Source: an uncultured Spirochaetota bacterium (GTDB lineage: Bacteria; Spirochaetota; Brevinematia; Brevinematales; JAOACQ01). From it: 64,000 nucleotides of DNA. Position numbers and translations under genes: made by a program. Every line of letters starts with the position of its first letter. Positions within the stretch are counted from its first letter, which is position 1. Location: the NCBI GenBank assembly GCA_963783575.1, contig CAWAOD010000010.1:128001-192000 (forward strand). The letters are read 5' to 3'. The notes under the pieces are model-generated. The model ran no database searches. It worked only from the letters and a program-made list of their open reading frames with translations, and was not told the DNA's origin. Below are positions 49,612 to 60,854 of the stretch, piece after piece.

Positions 49612-49623
49612 GATTATCTTATA

Positions 49624-50415
49624 ATGGAAACGCTGAAGAATTTAATAAAAAACATAACAAAATCCTTCGCATTGAAATTTAAATATTACGGAGGAATAGC
49701 ATCTCTAATTGTTTATTCAATTTCAAATTATATTAGTGATAATAAAGGAAGAAAGAGCATTAATAAAGTCATAATAATGCAGATTTATTTTACAGGAAAC
49801 CTGGCATTAAAGATCATCGGCCTCGTCGCTTTAGCTCTTGGAGCCATAACTGTAATACAACTTTTTACACAGCTCAGTAACGTCGGAGCCCTGGATTACG
49901 TGGGAAAAATTCTAAGCATTGTTATAATTCGTGAATTGGGACCAATTATTACTGCATTTATTGTGATCAGCCGTTCCGGTACTGCAATTGCCGCAGAAAT
50001 CGGCACAATGATGGTTAATGATGAGATCAATGCCCTTGAAATGCTTGGGATAAACACGCTCAAATATATAGTGTTCCCTAGAATAGCCGGAATGGTAATC
50101 GCTATGGTTCTTTTAACAATGTATTTCAATGCCATCGGTATCATTGGCGGATTTATTGTGGGAAGTATCTATGCTAATATTAGCTATGATATGTTCATCA
50201 CATATGTTATGAACTCGATCACCTATCTGGATATATTGACCAGTATAATTAAAAGCGCCGTTTTCGGCGTTTTTATTTCAACTATAGCAATTTATTATGG
50301 TTTTCAGGCGTTTGTGTCAACACAGATCCCCCAGGTAACAACAAAAGCAGTTGTAAGCACGATATTTGCAATGTTTTTCTTTGATGTTTTAATAACTTTA
50401 GTTATTTATTTGTAG
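49624..50415 (+). CDS. mlaE: MlaE family ABC transporter permease
   Basis: RELGPIITA, SRSGTAIAAEIGTM..NDEINALE.LGI, VTTKAVV. Confidence 0.92.
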   Translation: METLKNLIKNITKSFALKFKYYGGIASLIVYSISNYISDNKGRKSINKVIIMQIYFTGNLALKIIGLVALALGAITVIQLFTQLSNVGALDYVGKILSIVIIRELGPIITAFIVISRSGTAIAAEIGTMMVNDEINALEMLGINTLKYIVFPRIAGMVIAMVLLTMYFNAIGIIGGFIVGSIYANISYDMFITYVMNSITYLDILTSIIKSAVFGVFISTIAIYYGFQAFVSTQIPQVTTKAVVSTIFAMFFFDVLITLVIYL

Positions 50416-50422
50416 GTATGAT

Positions 50423-51151
50423 ATGGGAAATATCTCGTTGAAAAATGTTATATTAAAATATGAAAAAGAAACGGTAATAAACGATATAAGTGAGAATATT
50501 TATGACGGAGAAATTTATGCAGTCATCGGTTCTTCAGGAAGCGGCAAAACCGCCTTGCTTAAGGTAATAGCGGGATTAGCTCTTATAAATAGCGGAATAG
50601 TCGATGTCAAAGGAAAAAATATTGTAAAATTTTCTCAAAAACAGATGCTGAGTTATCATAAAAATTGCGGTTTTGTGTTCCAGAATTCCGCCTTGATAAG
50701 CAATATGAGTATTTACGAAAATCTTTCAATATATTATAATTATCATACGAGTATGAAGGAAATTGAAATATATGATAAGATAAAAAAGTTCCTGGATTAC
50801 GTAGGGTTTTCTGAAAATCTTTCATACAGGCCGAACTTCATCAGCACAGGTGAAAAAATGCTTGTAAATATTGTAAGAGCTATCTCTCATGACCCGGAGT
50901 TTGTTTTCTGGGATAATCCTTTTGCGAATCTTGATGCGATATACCAGAAAAGGGTTAAGAAAATTATTTCTGATCTGAAAAAACAGGGTAAAACTTTACT
51001 CCTGGTAACAAATGATTTTGACTTCGCCCTTTCTAACGCGGACAGAATTTGTATACTACACAAAGGATCAATAATTGAAAGCGGAACACCTGCTGATATT
51101 CAAAACTCTACACAAGAAATCACCAGGAAACTGATGAATAAGGGGGATTAA
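50423..51151 (+). CDS. MlaF-like ABC ATP-binding protein with degenerate catalytic motifs
   Basis: Walker A GSSGSGKT and Q-loop VFQ intact; signature ISTGE, Walker B FWDNP and H-loop VTND are non-canonical. Confidence 0.85.
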   Translation: MGNISLKNVILKYEKETVINDISENIYDGEIYAVIGSSGSGKTALLKVIAGLALINSGIVDVKGKNIVKFSQKQMLSYHKNCGFVFQNSALISNMSIYENLSIYYNYHTSMKEIEIYDKIKKFLDYVGFSENLSYRPNFISTGEKMLVNIVRAISHDPEFVFWDNPFANLDAIYQKRVKKIISDLKKQGKTLLLVTNDFDFALSNADRICILHKGSIIESGTPADIQNSTQEITRKLMNKGD

Positions 51152-51152
51152 A

Positions 51153-52133
51153 ATGCCTTTTACATTCAAGAACACCCAAAAAGCCGTAGCCGCGTTTTTT
51201 TTAATAGGAATTTTTTTATTTTTTGCGATTTTGTTTTTAGTCGGTAAAGGCAGCGATTTATTCACCTTCAAGGACAATTATTATTCAAATTATGATGAAG
51301 GTTACGGAATCGGAGGCGGATCGATCATAAAATATAAAGGTATTAACATCGGAAAGGTTAGAAAAATTACCCTTACTGAAATGGATAAAATCAGGGTTGA
51401 TTTATGGATAGACGCCGATTATACAAGAGTAGTCAAAGAAGGCTGTGTTATGAAAGTACAGACAAGCCTTTTAGGTTCGGCAAATCTGGAACTGGGTCCG
51501 ACTATGTTAACCGATGCGGTGCTTATACCGCCCGGTAATGAGATCCTATCCTCCGATACAGAGAAAGGAAGAGAAATTATTGCAAAAGCTTCGGAACAGG
51601 TACAGAAAAAAGATGACCTTCAGGCAAAGGCAAAGGAAATTCTTGATTATATCGCATCGCTTAAACCGGTGATAAGCGGCACCCTGGCCAATGTCAGGGA
51701 CTCTACTGCAAGCGTAAAGTCAATTCTCGGCGGATTGAAGGGAGATGAAAGGACAGTTGTATCCGATAAACTCCTTGCGACTATAGACAGCACAATGTCT
51801 ACAATTGAGAATGTAAAATCAATAGCTAAAACAATAAACGATTTTTCTACCCAGATAATATCAACAAATAATACAATCGGCGCTGTTGTTATGGATAACA
51901 AAACACTTTACAATAAAATTGACAGCATGATGAATTCTATTGATGCATCACTAAAAAATGTCAAAACAATCAGTGATAAGCTCGTTAATACTCCTGAGGA
52001 TGTGAAGAAACTAACATTCCTTTTGCAGGATAATCTTATTGAACTGAAGAAGGTTTTAGCAGGGATTAAAAATATCGTCGGCGGCGATAAGGTTGTTGAG
52101 AAAAATATTAATGCAGGGGATAGAAATCAATGA
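51153..52133 (+). CDS. mlaD: MlaD/MCE family protein
   Basis: N-terminal TM; GIGGGSIIKYKGINIGKVRKI MCE motif; long helical C-terminus. Confidence 0.88.
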   Translation: MPFTFKNTQKAVAAFFLIGIFLFFAILFLVGKGSDLFTFKDNYYSNYDEGYGIGGGSIIKYKGINIGKVRKITLTEMDKIRVDLWIDADYTRVVKEGCVMKVQTSLLGSANLELGPTMLTDAVLIPPGNEILSSDTEKGREIIAKASEQVQKKDDLQAKAKEILDYIASLKPVISGTLANVRDSTASVKSILGGLKGDERTVVSDKLLATIDSTMSTIENVKSIAKTINDFSTQIISTNNTIGAVVMDNKTLYNKIDSMMNSIDASLKNVKTISDKLVNTPEDVKKLTFLLQDNLIELKKVLAGIKNIVGGDKVVEKNINAGDRNQ

Positions 52134-52993
52134 AACAAATTTTTATATTTATTATATTTATTATATTTATTTTATTATTTTCATCTTGCGGCAGTAAAAA
52201 TCCAACTATAAGAAATAATATAAAAAAGAATATTTCGGATAATTTATCTGTGGGTATTGAAAGCTACAAAAGTGGAAACCTGGAGTCTGCAACACTCTTT
52301 CTTCAGCAGGCTTTAAAAGACGCTTATTCCATTGACAGTATTGATGATATAATTCTTGTTCTGCAAAGCCTGACCGAAGTTAATTTGAAAAATGAAAATT
52401 ATTCTCTGGCTTCAAATTATATTTTCCAGGCAGAGTCGCTCATCGGTATGGAAAATAATAATGACAACAATTTCTTAATCCAAAAAACAATCGGCAAATA
52501 TTATGAAAAAACCGCGAAAACTCAGGAAGATTACAACAAATCTTATCAATATTATATTAAAGCATCCGAATCTGCAAAAAAAGATGAAGAGAAAGCTCAG
52601 GCATATAATAATATAGGTACGGTCAAAATCGAGCTGAATCAACCGGATGAAGCACTGGAATGGTTTATTAAATCGAAAAATATCAATGAGTCAAAGAATA
52701 TTTATGATTCACTTGCAGATAATTATTACAATATCGGTGATATTTATGAGAAGAAAGGCAATTATGCCGAATCGCTGACAAATTACAATCTTGCTTTAAA
52801 AAACGATAAAATTAGCGAACATCTGAGCGGAATAATTGAAGATCTTAAACGTATCGCTTCGGTCTATTCAAGAATGGGAAATAAAGATGTTTCCCTTGAA
52901 TATTACAACAGGGCTCTAAATGCGGCGGTCAGTATTAATGATAAAAATCAATCGGATCAGATAAAAAGATTAATTGATGATCAAAGCCATTGA
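52130..52993 (+). CDS. TPR lipoprotein
   Basis: Lipobox LFSS-C; TPR AQAYNNIGTVKIELNQPDEALEWF. Confidence 0.82.
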   Translation: MKQIFIFIIFIIFILLFSSCGSKNPTIRNNIKKNISDNLSVGIESYKSGNLESATLFLQQALKDAYSIDSIDDIILVLQSLTEVNLKNENYSLASNYIFQAESLIGMENNNDNNFLIQKTIGKYYEKTAKTQEDYNKSYQYYIKASESAKKDEEKAQAYNNIGTVKIELNQPDEALEWFIKSKNINESKNIYDSLADNYYNIGDIYEKKGNYAESLTNYNLALKNDKISEHLSGIIEDLKRIASVYSRMGNKDVSLEYYNRALNAAVSINDKNQSDQIKRLIDDQSH

Positions 52994-53004
52994 TCTTATG
53001 AATT

Positions 53005-54174
<1,170 letters not shown>

Positions 54175-54177
54175 TTA

Positions 54178-57100
54178 TTACTGGTATCTTGCAGGGACAA
54201 ATTTCTTGTTATAGTCGGGGAACCCTATCCCGTTTAATTCTGATGTTTTAAATGTAATAGTTATTTGTGGTTCCCAGAACAAAATCTGCGCAGTTGGATC
54301 TTCTTGCCTGGTTAAAGAGAAACTCAAGCTCATCACCCATTCATTCAAATAATGATCAAGTTCAAATTGGTATTTCTGGATTTTAAAATTTCCTCGCTTT
54401 AACGCATCATAATCCAGAATATTGACGCTGTCCAGCAGGTTTCCCCAGAATTCGATGTAAGGCTGCTGATACCTTGCCACGTTATCCTTAAAATATTGGT
54501 AAAGCCTTGTGTTTTGAACAACAGTTTGAAAACTTAAGCTCCAATATGGATTAAATAACATGGACAAATTCACATTTAGATTGAATATTGAATTTATCGG
54601 GTTCAAAAAGTCCCAATGAAACGAACTGGCAAAGGTTAAATTTGAGATTTCATAAACCACAAGCCCATAAGTTTTCACAATTGAATATTGAGAATTCACG
54701 TCTAATGTTAAATTTGTTTGTTTAATCAAATCATAATTATAAGTAATTACCGGGAGCGGATTGAATTGATTCGGAGGACTAAAAGCCAGCGTCAATGGGA
54801 TTGTTCCGATTGGGGTTAACCTGTTTGTAAAATTATCCATTGTTAATGCAAAATAATTCGTTTTCGTTTCCATGATATCCAATGTAAATCCTGTTGAAGC
54901 AGAAAGCCATGTTATTTTTAAAGCAGTATTGGCAGTCAATTGTCTTTGAGTGATATTATTCAGGATTATATCGTCTACATCATTTGTAATCCTGTACTTA
55001 ATAAAATGCGAGCCGCTTATACTGTAATCCAGATTATCCTTAAACATATTGAACCCGGTTCTCAGGCTTGTATTATGCGTATATTCGAGGGGTGTCGCTG
55101 CGTATGTCGTACGAAAAATCTGGTAATTAAATGTATGGTCAATAGTATAAGGGAAATCAACCTGCCAGATTGAATTGCTGTTAATTATATATGTTTTATT
55201 AATCGATGCATCGCTTGTAAAATCCAATTCATAACCTGATTGATTGAGGTTATTATAATCTTCATTTGTGAAAGTAGACCAGTATTTATTATTATTAAAA
55301 GTAAAAGTGTTGTTCCAATTTATAAAGCTGTTAAAAAGCCTCCCGTTAATGGCATAGGTGCCTGTCTCAACATGATGATACAGGTCGGAAACAGGAGTCG
55401 ACTGCAGATTGGTATCAAGCGTTTCAGAAGGCGTATAATTGACATTGGCATTAAGAGATGAAGAAAAACTATACAGCTCAAAGTTGTTTGTGGTTATCTG
55501 GTAAACAGCGGCGGATGGAGCCGGTTTTTGATTTGTGTCCTTCTGATCTATATTTTGTTGAGGCTGATTGGTTTTATCCTGCTGTACACTTTGATTATTT
55601 GTATCCTGCGATCCGGAAGATAATTTTGATGTACCTGTCTGTATACTGGTATTAAATCCTCCCGTCTGGTTTATATATTGACTGCTGATATCGTTGCCGG
55701 AAGTATTTAAATTGCTTTCAATTTTATTTGATTTAAAATCGTCCTGAGGTGATTTGCCTTCATTCGTAAAAATTTGATTTGTTCCATCGGATTCGTTTGT
55801 AAGTTTATTACTTTCGATAGTATGATTTTTTTCAAGATAGGCATTCGCGTCTTCATTCAGTCTGAGGCTGATATTTGTGTTAGAAGCCTTAAGTGTTTTT
55901 GAAACAGGGAACGTGTAATTGACATCCTTGAATATGTCAATATTCCCAAGTGTATAAGACATATTTGGAAAATTCACATTATATAAATAGAATTTATACC
56001 TATCGTTCAAATAAACATTTGAAACGGAAGGGTCAACCCAATAATTATACTGCCAGTTTCCCGATAATTGAAAATTTTTGTATTGGAGTAAAAAGCTTCT
56101 TGAATAAGTAGTAAAAGAAATTCCGGAATCATCCCTGCCGGCCCCATAAAAATTATTGTCGGAATTTAAAATTGCTTCTTTAACGGGATCAAATGATTCT
56201 CTTCGCGTATTATATTTTCTGCTGAAAAATGGATCATTAAGATCTTCCCAGCTAATTGCAAGGTTGATATCATTTGTTTCAATTACTGTTTGGACCTTAT
56301 AATGCCAGGCAAGCTGCTGAATATTGGTATAATAGTTTGTCGGCTGACCGTTTATAGTATCATTTACCAGAACCTGCTGGGAATACCTGTCATTAACCGA
56401 ATCATACATAACACGAACGTCGTTCGCCGCTTCACCGAAAAAACTTATGCTTTTGAATAATCCGATTTTATTGTTACTGTTCAACTTCAATTGAGAATAC
56501 TGTCCCAGTCTTTCATAAACATCCAGGCCTACAGATGAATTAAAGTTGCCAAAATCGAAATAAGCAGTATTCATCAAATACCATCCAATCCTGATTTCCT
56601 GGCCGAAAGAAGTTTTTATTCCTGTAAATTTTTCCCATCTGAAATAAAACGGCATATAAAAAAAATCTCCCTGGCCAACCGTATATGTATCATGAAGAGC
56701 AAATATGATATCTCCCTTAAAATACCATAGTTTTTGTGCAAAAAATTGGTATTGCGGTAACTCCGCAGGTGTAAAAGTCAGATTGACATCTTCCAGAACA
56801 ACCCTGTCATCCGAGAGTATCGTAACTTTTTTGGCATGATAATACCAGCCGTTAGACGCGCTTAAAAGTCCAATAGAGCCGCCCGATTGTTTGATATATG
56901 ACCGGACATTTTTCAATGTCCCCTTTTTTGTCTCGGGATTGAAATTCATATAATCCGCCAGATAGATGCTGTCGCCGTAATGAAACTCAACCTTTTCATA
57001 TGCGGCAATTTCCAGTATTTTATTACCGCTTGAAGTGATGATAACTGTTCTGGCTTTAAGTATATTACCTTCAAAACGTATTTTAACGTTCCCGAGAAAT

Positions 57101-57363
57101 TTTATATGCGTTACATTATCCTTCTCAAAATTCTGAATAACCACTTCGTCATAATTATCAAAAATAATATTGTTGTTTGGGTTCGCGTTTGATATATTAA
57201 TTTCACTTACAAATTGATTGGATATGTTTATATTGTTTGAATTAGATAAAATTAAATTTGTATTATTAATATTGGTGTTATTTATATTTGTATTAATAAT
57301 ATTAGTTGCTGAATATGCATGATAGAAGAAAAAAAGAAAAAGAACGGTTATTAAAATTTTCAT
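54178..57363 (-). CDS. LptD-like outer-membrane LPS/glycolipid assembly protein
   Basis: Signal peptide; OstA-like N-terminus (FLGNVKIRF..LKARTV..IAAYEKV, ADYMNFN); long beta-rich C-terminus; low-complexity N/Q/T insertions. Confidence 0.7.
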   Translation of the reverse strand: MKILITVLFLFFFYHAYSATNIINTNINNTNINNTNLILSNSNNINISNQFVSEINISNANPNNNIIFDNYDEVVIQNFEKDNVTHIKFLGNVKIRFEGNILKARTVIITSSGNKILEIAAYEKVEFHYGDSIYLADYMNFNPETKKGTLKNVRSYIKQSGGSIGLLSASNGWYYHAKKVTILSDDRVVLEDVNLTFTPAELPQYQFFAQKLWYFKGDIIFALHDTYTVGQGDFFYMPFYFRWEKFTGIKTSFGQEIRIGWYLMNTAYFDFGNFNSSVGLDVYERLGQYSQLKLNSNNKIGLFKSISFFGEAANDVRVMYDSVNDRYSQQVLVNDTINGQPTNYYTNIQQLAWHYKVQTVIETNDINLAISWEDLNDPFFSRKYNTRRESFDPVKEAILNSDNNFYGAGRDDSGISFTTYSRSFLLQYKNFQLSGNWQYNYWVDPSVSNVYLNDRYKFYLYNVNFPNMSYTLGNIDIFKDVNYTFPVSKTLKASNTNISLRLNEDANAYLEKNHTIESNKLTNESDGTNQIFTNEGKSPQDDFKSNKIESNLNTSGNDISSQYINQTGGFNTSIQTGTSKLSSGSQDTNNQSVQQDKTNQPQQNIDQKDTNQKPAPSAAVYQITTNNFELYSFSSSLNANVNYTPSETLDTNLQSTPVSDLYHHVETGTYAINGRLFNSFINWNNTFTFNNNKYWSTFTNEDYNNLNQSGYELDFTSDASINKTYIINSNSIWQVDFPYTIDHTFNYQIFRTTYAATPLEYTHNTSLRTGFNMFKDNLDYSISGSHFIKYRITNDVDDIILNNITQRQLTANTALKITWLSASTGFTLDIMETKTNYFALTMDNFTNRLTPIGTIPLTLAFSPPNQFNPLPVITYNYDLIKQTNLTLDVNSQYSIVKTYGLVVYEISNLTFASSFHWDFLNPINSIFNLNVNLSMLFNPYWSLSFQTVVQNTRLYQYFKDNVARYQQPYIEFWGNLLDSVNILDYDALKRGNFKIQKYQFELDHYLNEWVMSLSFSLTRQEDPTAQILFWEPQITITFKTSELNGIGFPDYNKKFVPARYQ

Positions 57364-57731
57364 TTTCAAGATCAATGGAAATCTCCAATGAATAATTTAT
57401 CAGGTATAATGCTTTTTTTCAAACTTTATTTACATAAAAAACTATAAGAAATTTTATAGATAATTTTATCTGGACTACTTCAATTTAATGATGAACCGGC
57501 GAAACGCTGTTTTTTTATTAACTGCAACAAAAGACCGTTAAGTAAACCACGGATTTGCCCGGCATTCACAGGTCATCATTATAAGGCCACAAATAAAAAC
57601 AATCAATTTTGTAGTTCTTAAACAACTTATCTATTTAAATGAAAAATGAAGTGATTAACAAATCGAAAGGAACCGGAATGACATGAGAGAATTTTAAAGA
57701 AAGGATTGTATTTTTGAAATACTAACTGGAA

Positions 57732-57953
57732 TTATAGATCTTTCTGGTCTATATAACCTTCAAGCATAGCTTTACTTATATTTTCCGCTAATTTTTCTAT
57801 TGCAAAGGATATATATTTCGGGTCATTAATTTTTTTACGTAATACTTCCATTCTAGCATCAGATAAAGAACTGGAATTTGTTTTAACAATAATCCGATGA
57901 AAATTCCGTTTTTTTTCCAATAATACTTCTTCAATCACTTTTTTCTCCCTCAA
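57732..57953 (-). CDS. Small protein with a FlgM-C-like tail
   Basis: RMEVLRKKINDPKY...IEKLAENI; last gene of a flagellum-associated block. Confidence 0.55.
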   Translation of the reverse strand: MREKKVIEEVLLEKKRNFHRIIVKTNSSSLSDARMEVLRKKINDPKYISFAIEKLAENISKAMLEGYIDQKDL

Positions 57954-57969
57954 TCTCTTATGGAAAAAA

Positions 57970-58353
57970 CTAATAAAAGCCTTTTATATGTTTCATTTCA
58001 AAACAATCATCAACATCTTCTTTATCCTTTCTGCCGCATTTTATAAAAATTGCATCAACCCTAATTTCCTTAAAATTAATTCCGCTTTCACTGATATAAA
58101 TTTCGGCACTTTTTAAAATCTTTTTAATTTTTATTTTATTTATTGTCCTTTCAATCTCAAGCAGCTGATCACCTCTTCTTGTTTTCACCTCAACAAGGAC
58201 CAAGCATCCCTCATCCTTAAAAATAAGATCGATTTCTCCAAATTTTGTATGATAATTTGAAGCAAGAAATTCATATCCCCGAGAAACCAGGTATTCTTTA
58301 CCTATTGTTTCCCCTTTACGGCCCAGATTTATTTTATCAACTTTTATTTTCAT
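57970..58353 (-). CDS. yraN: YraN family (UPF0102) predicted endonuclease
   Basis: LGRKGE, GEIDLI, LVEVKTR, RVDAI. Confidence 0.9.
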   Translation of the reverse strand: MKIKVDKINLGRKGETIGKEYLVSRGYEFLASNYHTKFGEIDLIFKDEGCLVLVEVKTRRGDQLLEIERTINKIKIKKILKSAEIYISESGINFKEIRVDAIFIKCGRKDKEDVDDCFEMKHIKGFY

Positions 58354-59494
58354 TACTGACTAATTTTGATTGTATGGCTTTAACTATATAAATATCCGTT
58401 TCCCTGGACAGTTTGATTACTTGACCGTTTTCAACTTCATCTCCGAATTCATCCCTCATTACTTTCACTGTCGGGCGGAAAGGAGAAACAGGATCGGCAG
58501 CAACAACTTTTGCAATTGCATTGGTATTAAGTTGAACAAAGCATCCAACCGGATAAATTGACATAAGCCCTAGAAATACTTTCAAAATTTCCGGATCCAG
58601 TTTTTTTGAACCCTCACCCAAAACCATTTTCATCGCGTCATAGGACTCTTTCCCTTCGCGGTAAACCCTATCCTTTGTGAGTGCTTCATAAGTATCAACA
58701 ACAGCAATAATTTTACTCATTTCGGACATTTCATAACCCTTAATTTTACGGGGATACCCTGTGCCGTCAAACCTCTCATGGTGTTCAAGCCCTACTCTGG
58801 CAATTTCAATGGGGAAATTCAAATCTTTTGCTATTACCTGATAACTGTGAACCGGATGAGTTTTAACCTGATTATATTCATCAGGGCTGAGTTTCTCTTC
58901 TTTTTCAGTAATATAAGCTGGTATTTTTATCATCCCCACATCATAAACCAGTGCCGCCAAAGCAAGATTTACCAGTTTAACCATTGAATAACCAAGCCTC
59001 TGCCCCAATATAACCGAAAGAATCGCGGTATTAATAATGTGATTGGCCAGATAATCGCCCTTACCTGCTATGTTAACAAGGTTTATAAAAATCTCTGGTC
59101 TTTTTTCAGCCATTATAGAATTTGCCATTTTAGTAGCAAGTGTTTGTATCTTATCAGGATCAAATCCCTGGCCGTTCCTGAATTTATTATACTGAACTCC
59201 AATGATATTCAGGCATTCCTGATAAAAATCCACATATTTTGCCGTTTCTTTATCAACGACAATCTTTTTTTTCTCAATCCCCTTATTTTCATATTCAATG
59301 GAAAGGGCCTTTTCTTCCATTATTTCTCCTGCGGTTTCAACATGTGTTATGTGTCTTGATTTCAAATTACTCAGCGTAAATTCATCCAATACTTTTCCCG
59401 CAGGCAGCACTATATTTAAATTGATGTCAAAAAGCGATTTGGAAAATCTAATACCAGGCTTTAAATCATCAATTATAATCTTGTGCATGGGCAT
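58337..59494 (-). CDS. HD-GYP domain protein (HD motif reads YD)
   Basis: LVYDVGM, HHERFDGTGYP, VVDTYEAL..RVYR, YPVG C-terminal motif. Confidence 0.88.
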   Translation of the reverse strand: MPMHKIIIDDLKPGIRFSKSLFDINLNIVLPAGKVLDEFTLSNLKSRHITHVETAGEIMEEKALSIEYENKGIEKKKIVVDKETAKYVDFYQECLNIIGVQYNKFRNGQGFDPDKIQTLATKMANSIMAEKRPEIFINLVNIAGKGDYLANHIINTAILSVILGQRLGYSMVKLVNLALAALVYDVGMIKIPAYITEKEEKLSPDEYNQVKTHPVHSYQVIAKDLNFPIEIARVGLEHHERFDGTGYPRKIKGYEMSEMSKIIAVVDTYEALTKDRVYREGKESYDAMKMVLGEGSKKLDPEILKVFLGLMSIYPVGCFVQLNTNAIAKVVAADPVSPFRPTVKVMRDEFGDEVENGQVIKLSRETDIYIVKAIQSKLVSNENKS

Positions 59495-59525
59495 AATAAT
59501 TCTCCCGCAATTTAAATTTTAAATT

Positions 59526-59792
59526 TCAACCTTTTAAAGAATAAATAAAACTGAAAATTTCAGCAACAATTGTATATAATTCAACCGGAATTTCTTCATT
59601 TTGTTTTAACCGGTACAATGATTCCGCCAATTTATCATTTCTATAAACCGGAATATTATTTTTCCTTGCCAGTGAAACAATATAATCTCCTAAAGCTCCA
59701 ACCCCTTTTGCAAGTATATAAGGGGCTTCATTAATCGCATTATCGTATTTTAAAGCTACAGCTCTGTTCTGCATAGCATACTTGTTCTGCAT
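59526..59792 (-). CDS. FlhB C-terminus-like protein (EscU/YscU/YlqH family)
   Basis: AVALKYD...APYILAKG..IVSLARKNNIP..LAESL..EEIPVELY..VAEI. Confidence 0.9.
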   Translation of the reverse strand: MQNKYAMQNRAVALKYDNAINEAPYILAKGVGALGDYIVSLARKNNIPVYRNDKLAESLYRLKQNEEIPVELYTIVAEIFSFIYSLKG

Positions 59793-59828
59793 AGCATCCT
59801 CCTTTTGAGTTTCATTTTTTTATATAAT

Positions 59829-60854
59829 TCAAACTGAAATATCTATGTTAAATATACCGCTGAAATCATCCTTTATCTGAAATAAATCTTCTTTCTGCCA
59901 GAAAAGAAATTGATTTTTTAATTCGCAGATTCTCAGCGATACTCTTTTATCTGGCAATAATCTGCCGATCTTTTTATTTAGAATTTCATAATCTATTTTT
60001 TTGTTTAAATACTCATTATACAGGTTTTTATTAATAAAAACATTAACCAGGCACTCCATTTTTTGAAGATCTATTACTATTAATACTTTTCCAAATTCTT
60101 CATTGTCAATATTAAAATAAAACTTCCGGGAATCATTTTCATTTGAGATTCTTTGTTGAATAATCAAATCCTTTCCCTCATAAAAAACATTATATGTTTT
60201 AAAAGAACTCTCCTCGCCAAAATATTTATAAAAAACATTATCAAGGATTCTTTCTTCACCGGATTTTTTTTCATTAAATATATCAATTAAATTCAAAATA
60301 TTCTTTTTCTCAGATTTGTTTTTAATAATCTTTTTATAAATTGAATTTAGATTGAAAAAAAAATCCGGGAAATCAATATCAATTACATAACCCTTTTCAA
60401 TAAAATTAAGCATTATATCACAAAAAACCTCACCATATTTCAATACTGCCAGATTGAGCAGTTTTATCATTGAAATATCCAGTTTACTGCCTATTGAATG
60501 CAGCTTAACAGCAGACCGGATATTTTCTTCTGATAAAGGCATGTTGTTATCAAGCAGAAATAACCTGGTTTGATCAATAAACTTTTTTTTACCGATTTCA
60601 TCAAAATCTTTTGAATTTTTAAGAGAACTTAAAACTCTCAGCCGGATCGATTTTCTTTCCTGCTCACCTGAAATCTCTATTAAAGCAAGAAAATTATCCG
60701 GTACTTCGGTTTCAATATTTGCCTCAGTTTTAAAACCATTAATTTCAATTACAGCAGAATTATCTTTTCTTTCAATAATCTTAACATTAACAATTGTTAA
60801 TGGCTACAGGATATTCTTATCTAAAAATTCAACATGATTTAATTGAATGTTCAA
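59829..60854 (-). pseudogene. YlqG/FliK-like protein with an in-frame TAG at codon 17 (nonsense mutation or base-call error)
   Basis: The frame stays open upstream of 60542 to a TAG at 60804-60806, then continues to a TTG at 60852-60854 behind GGGGGA. C-terminus ends NIDISV; lies upstream of the flhB-like gene. Confidence 0.55.

Noticed and set aside
57488..57572. c-di-GMP-I riboswitch (contains GGGCAAA)
   Set aside because: It lacks the GNRA-capped P2 and the downstream GCAAA/receptor elements; kept only as an unclassified RNA candidate.
60804..60806. Genome-wide TAG recoding or pyrrolysine
   Set aside because: TAG terminates several intact genes here (cheY, cheX, mlaE), and there are no pyl genes in the window.
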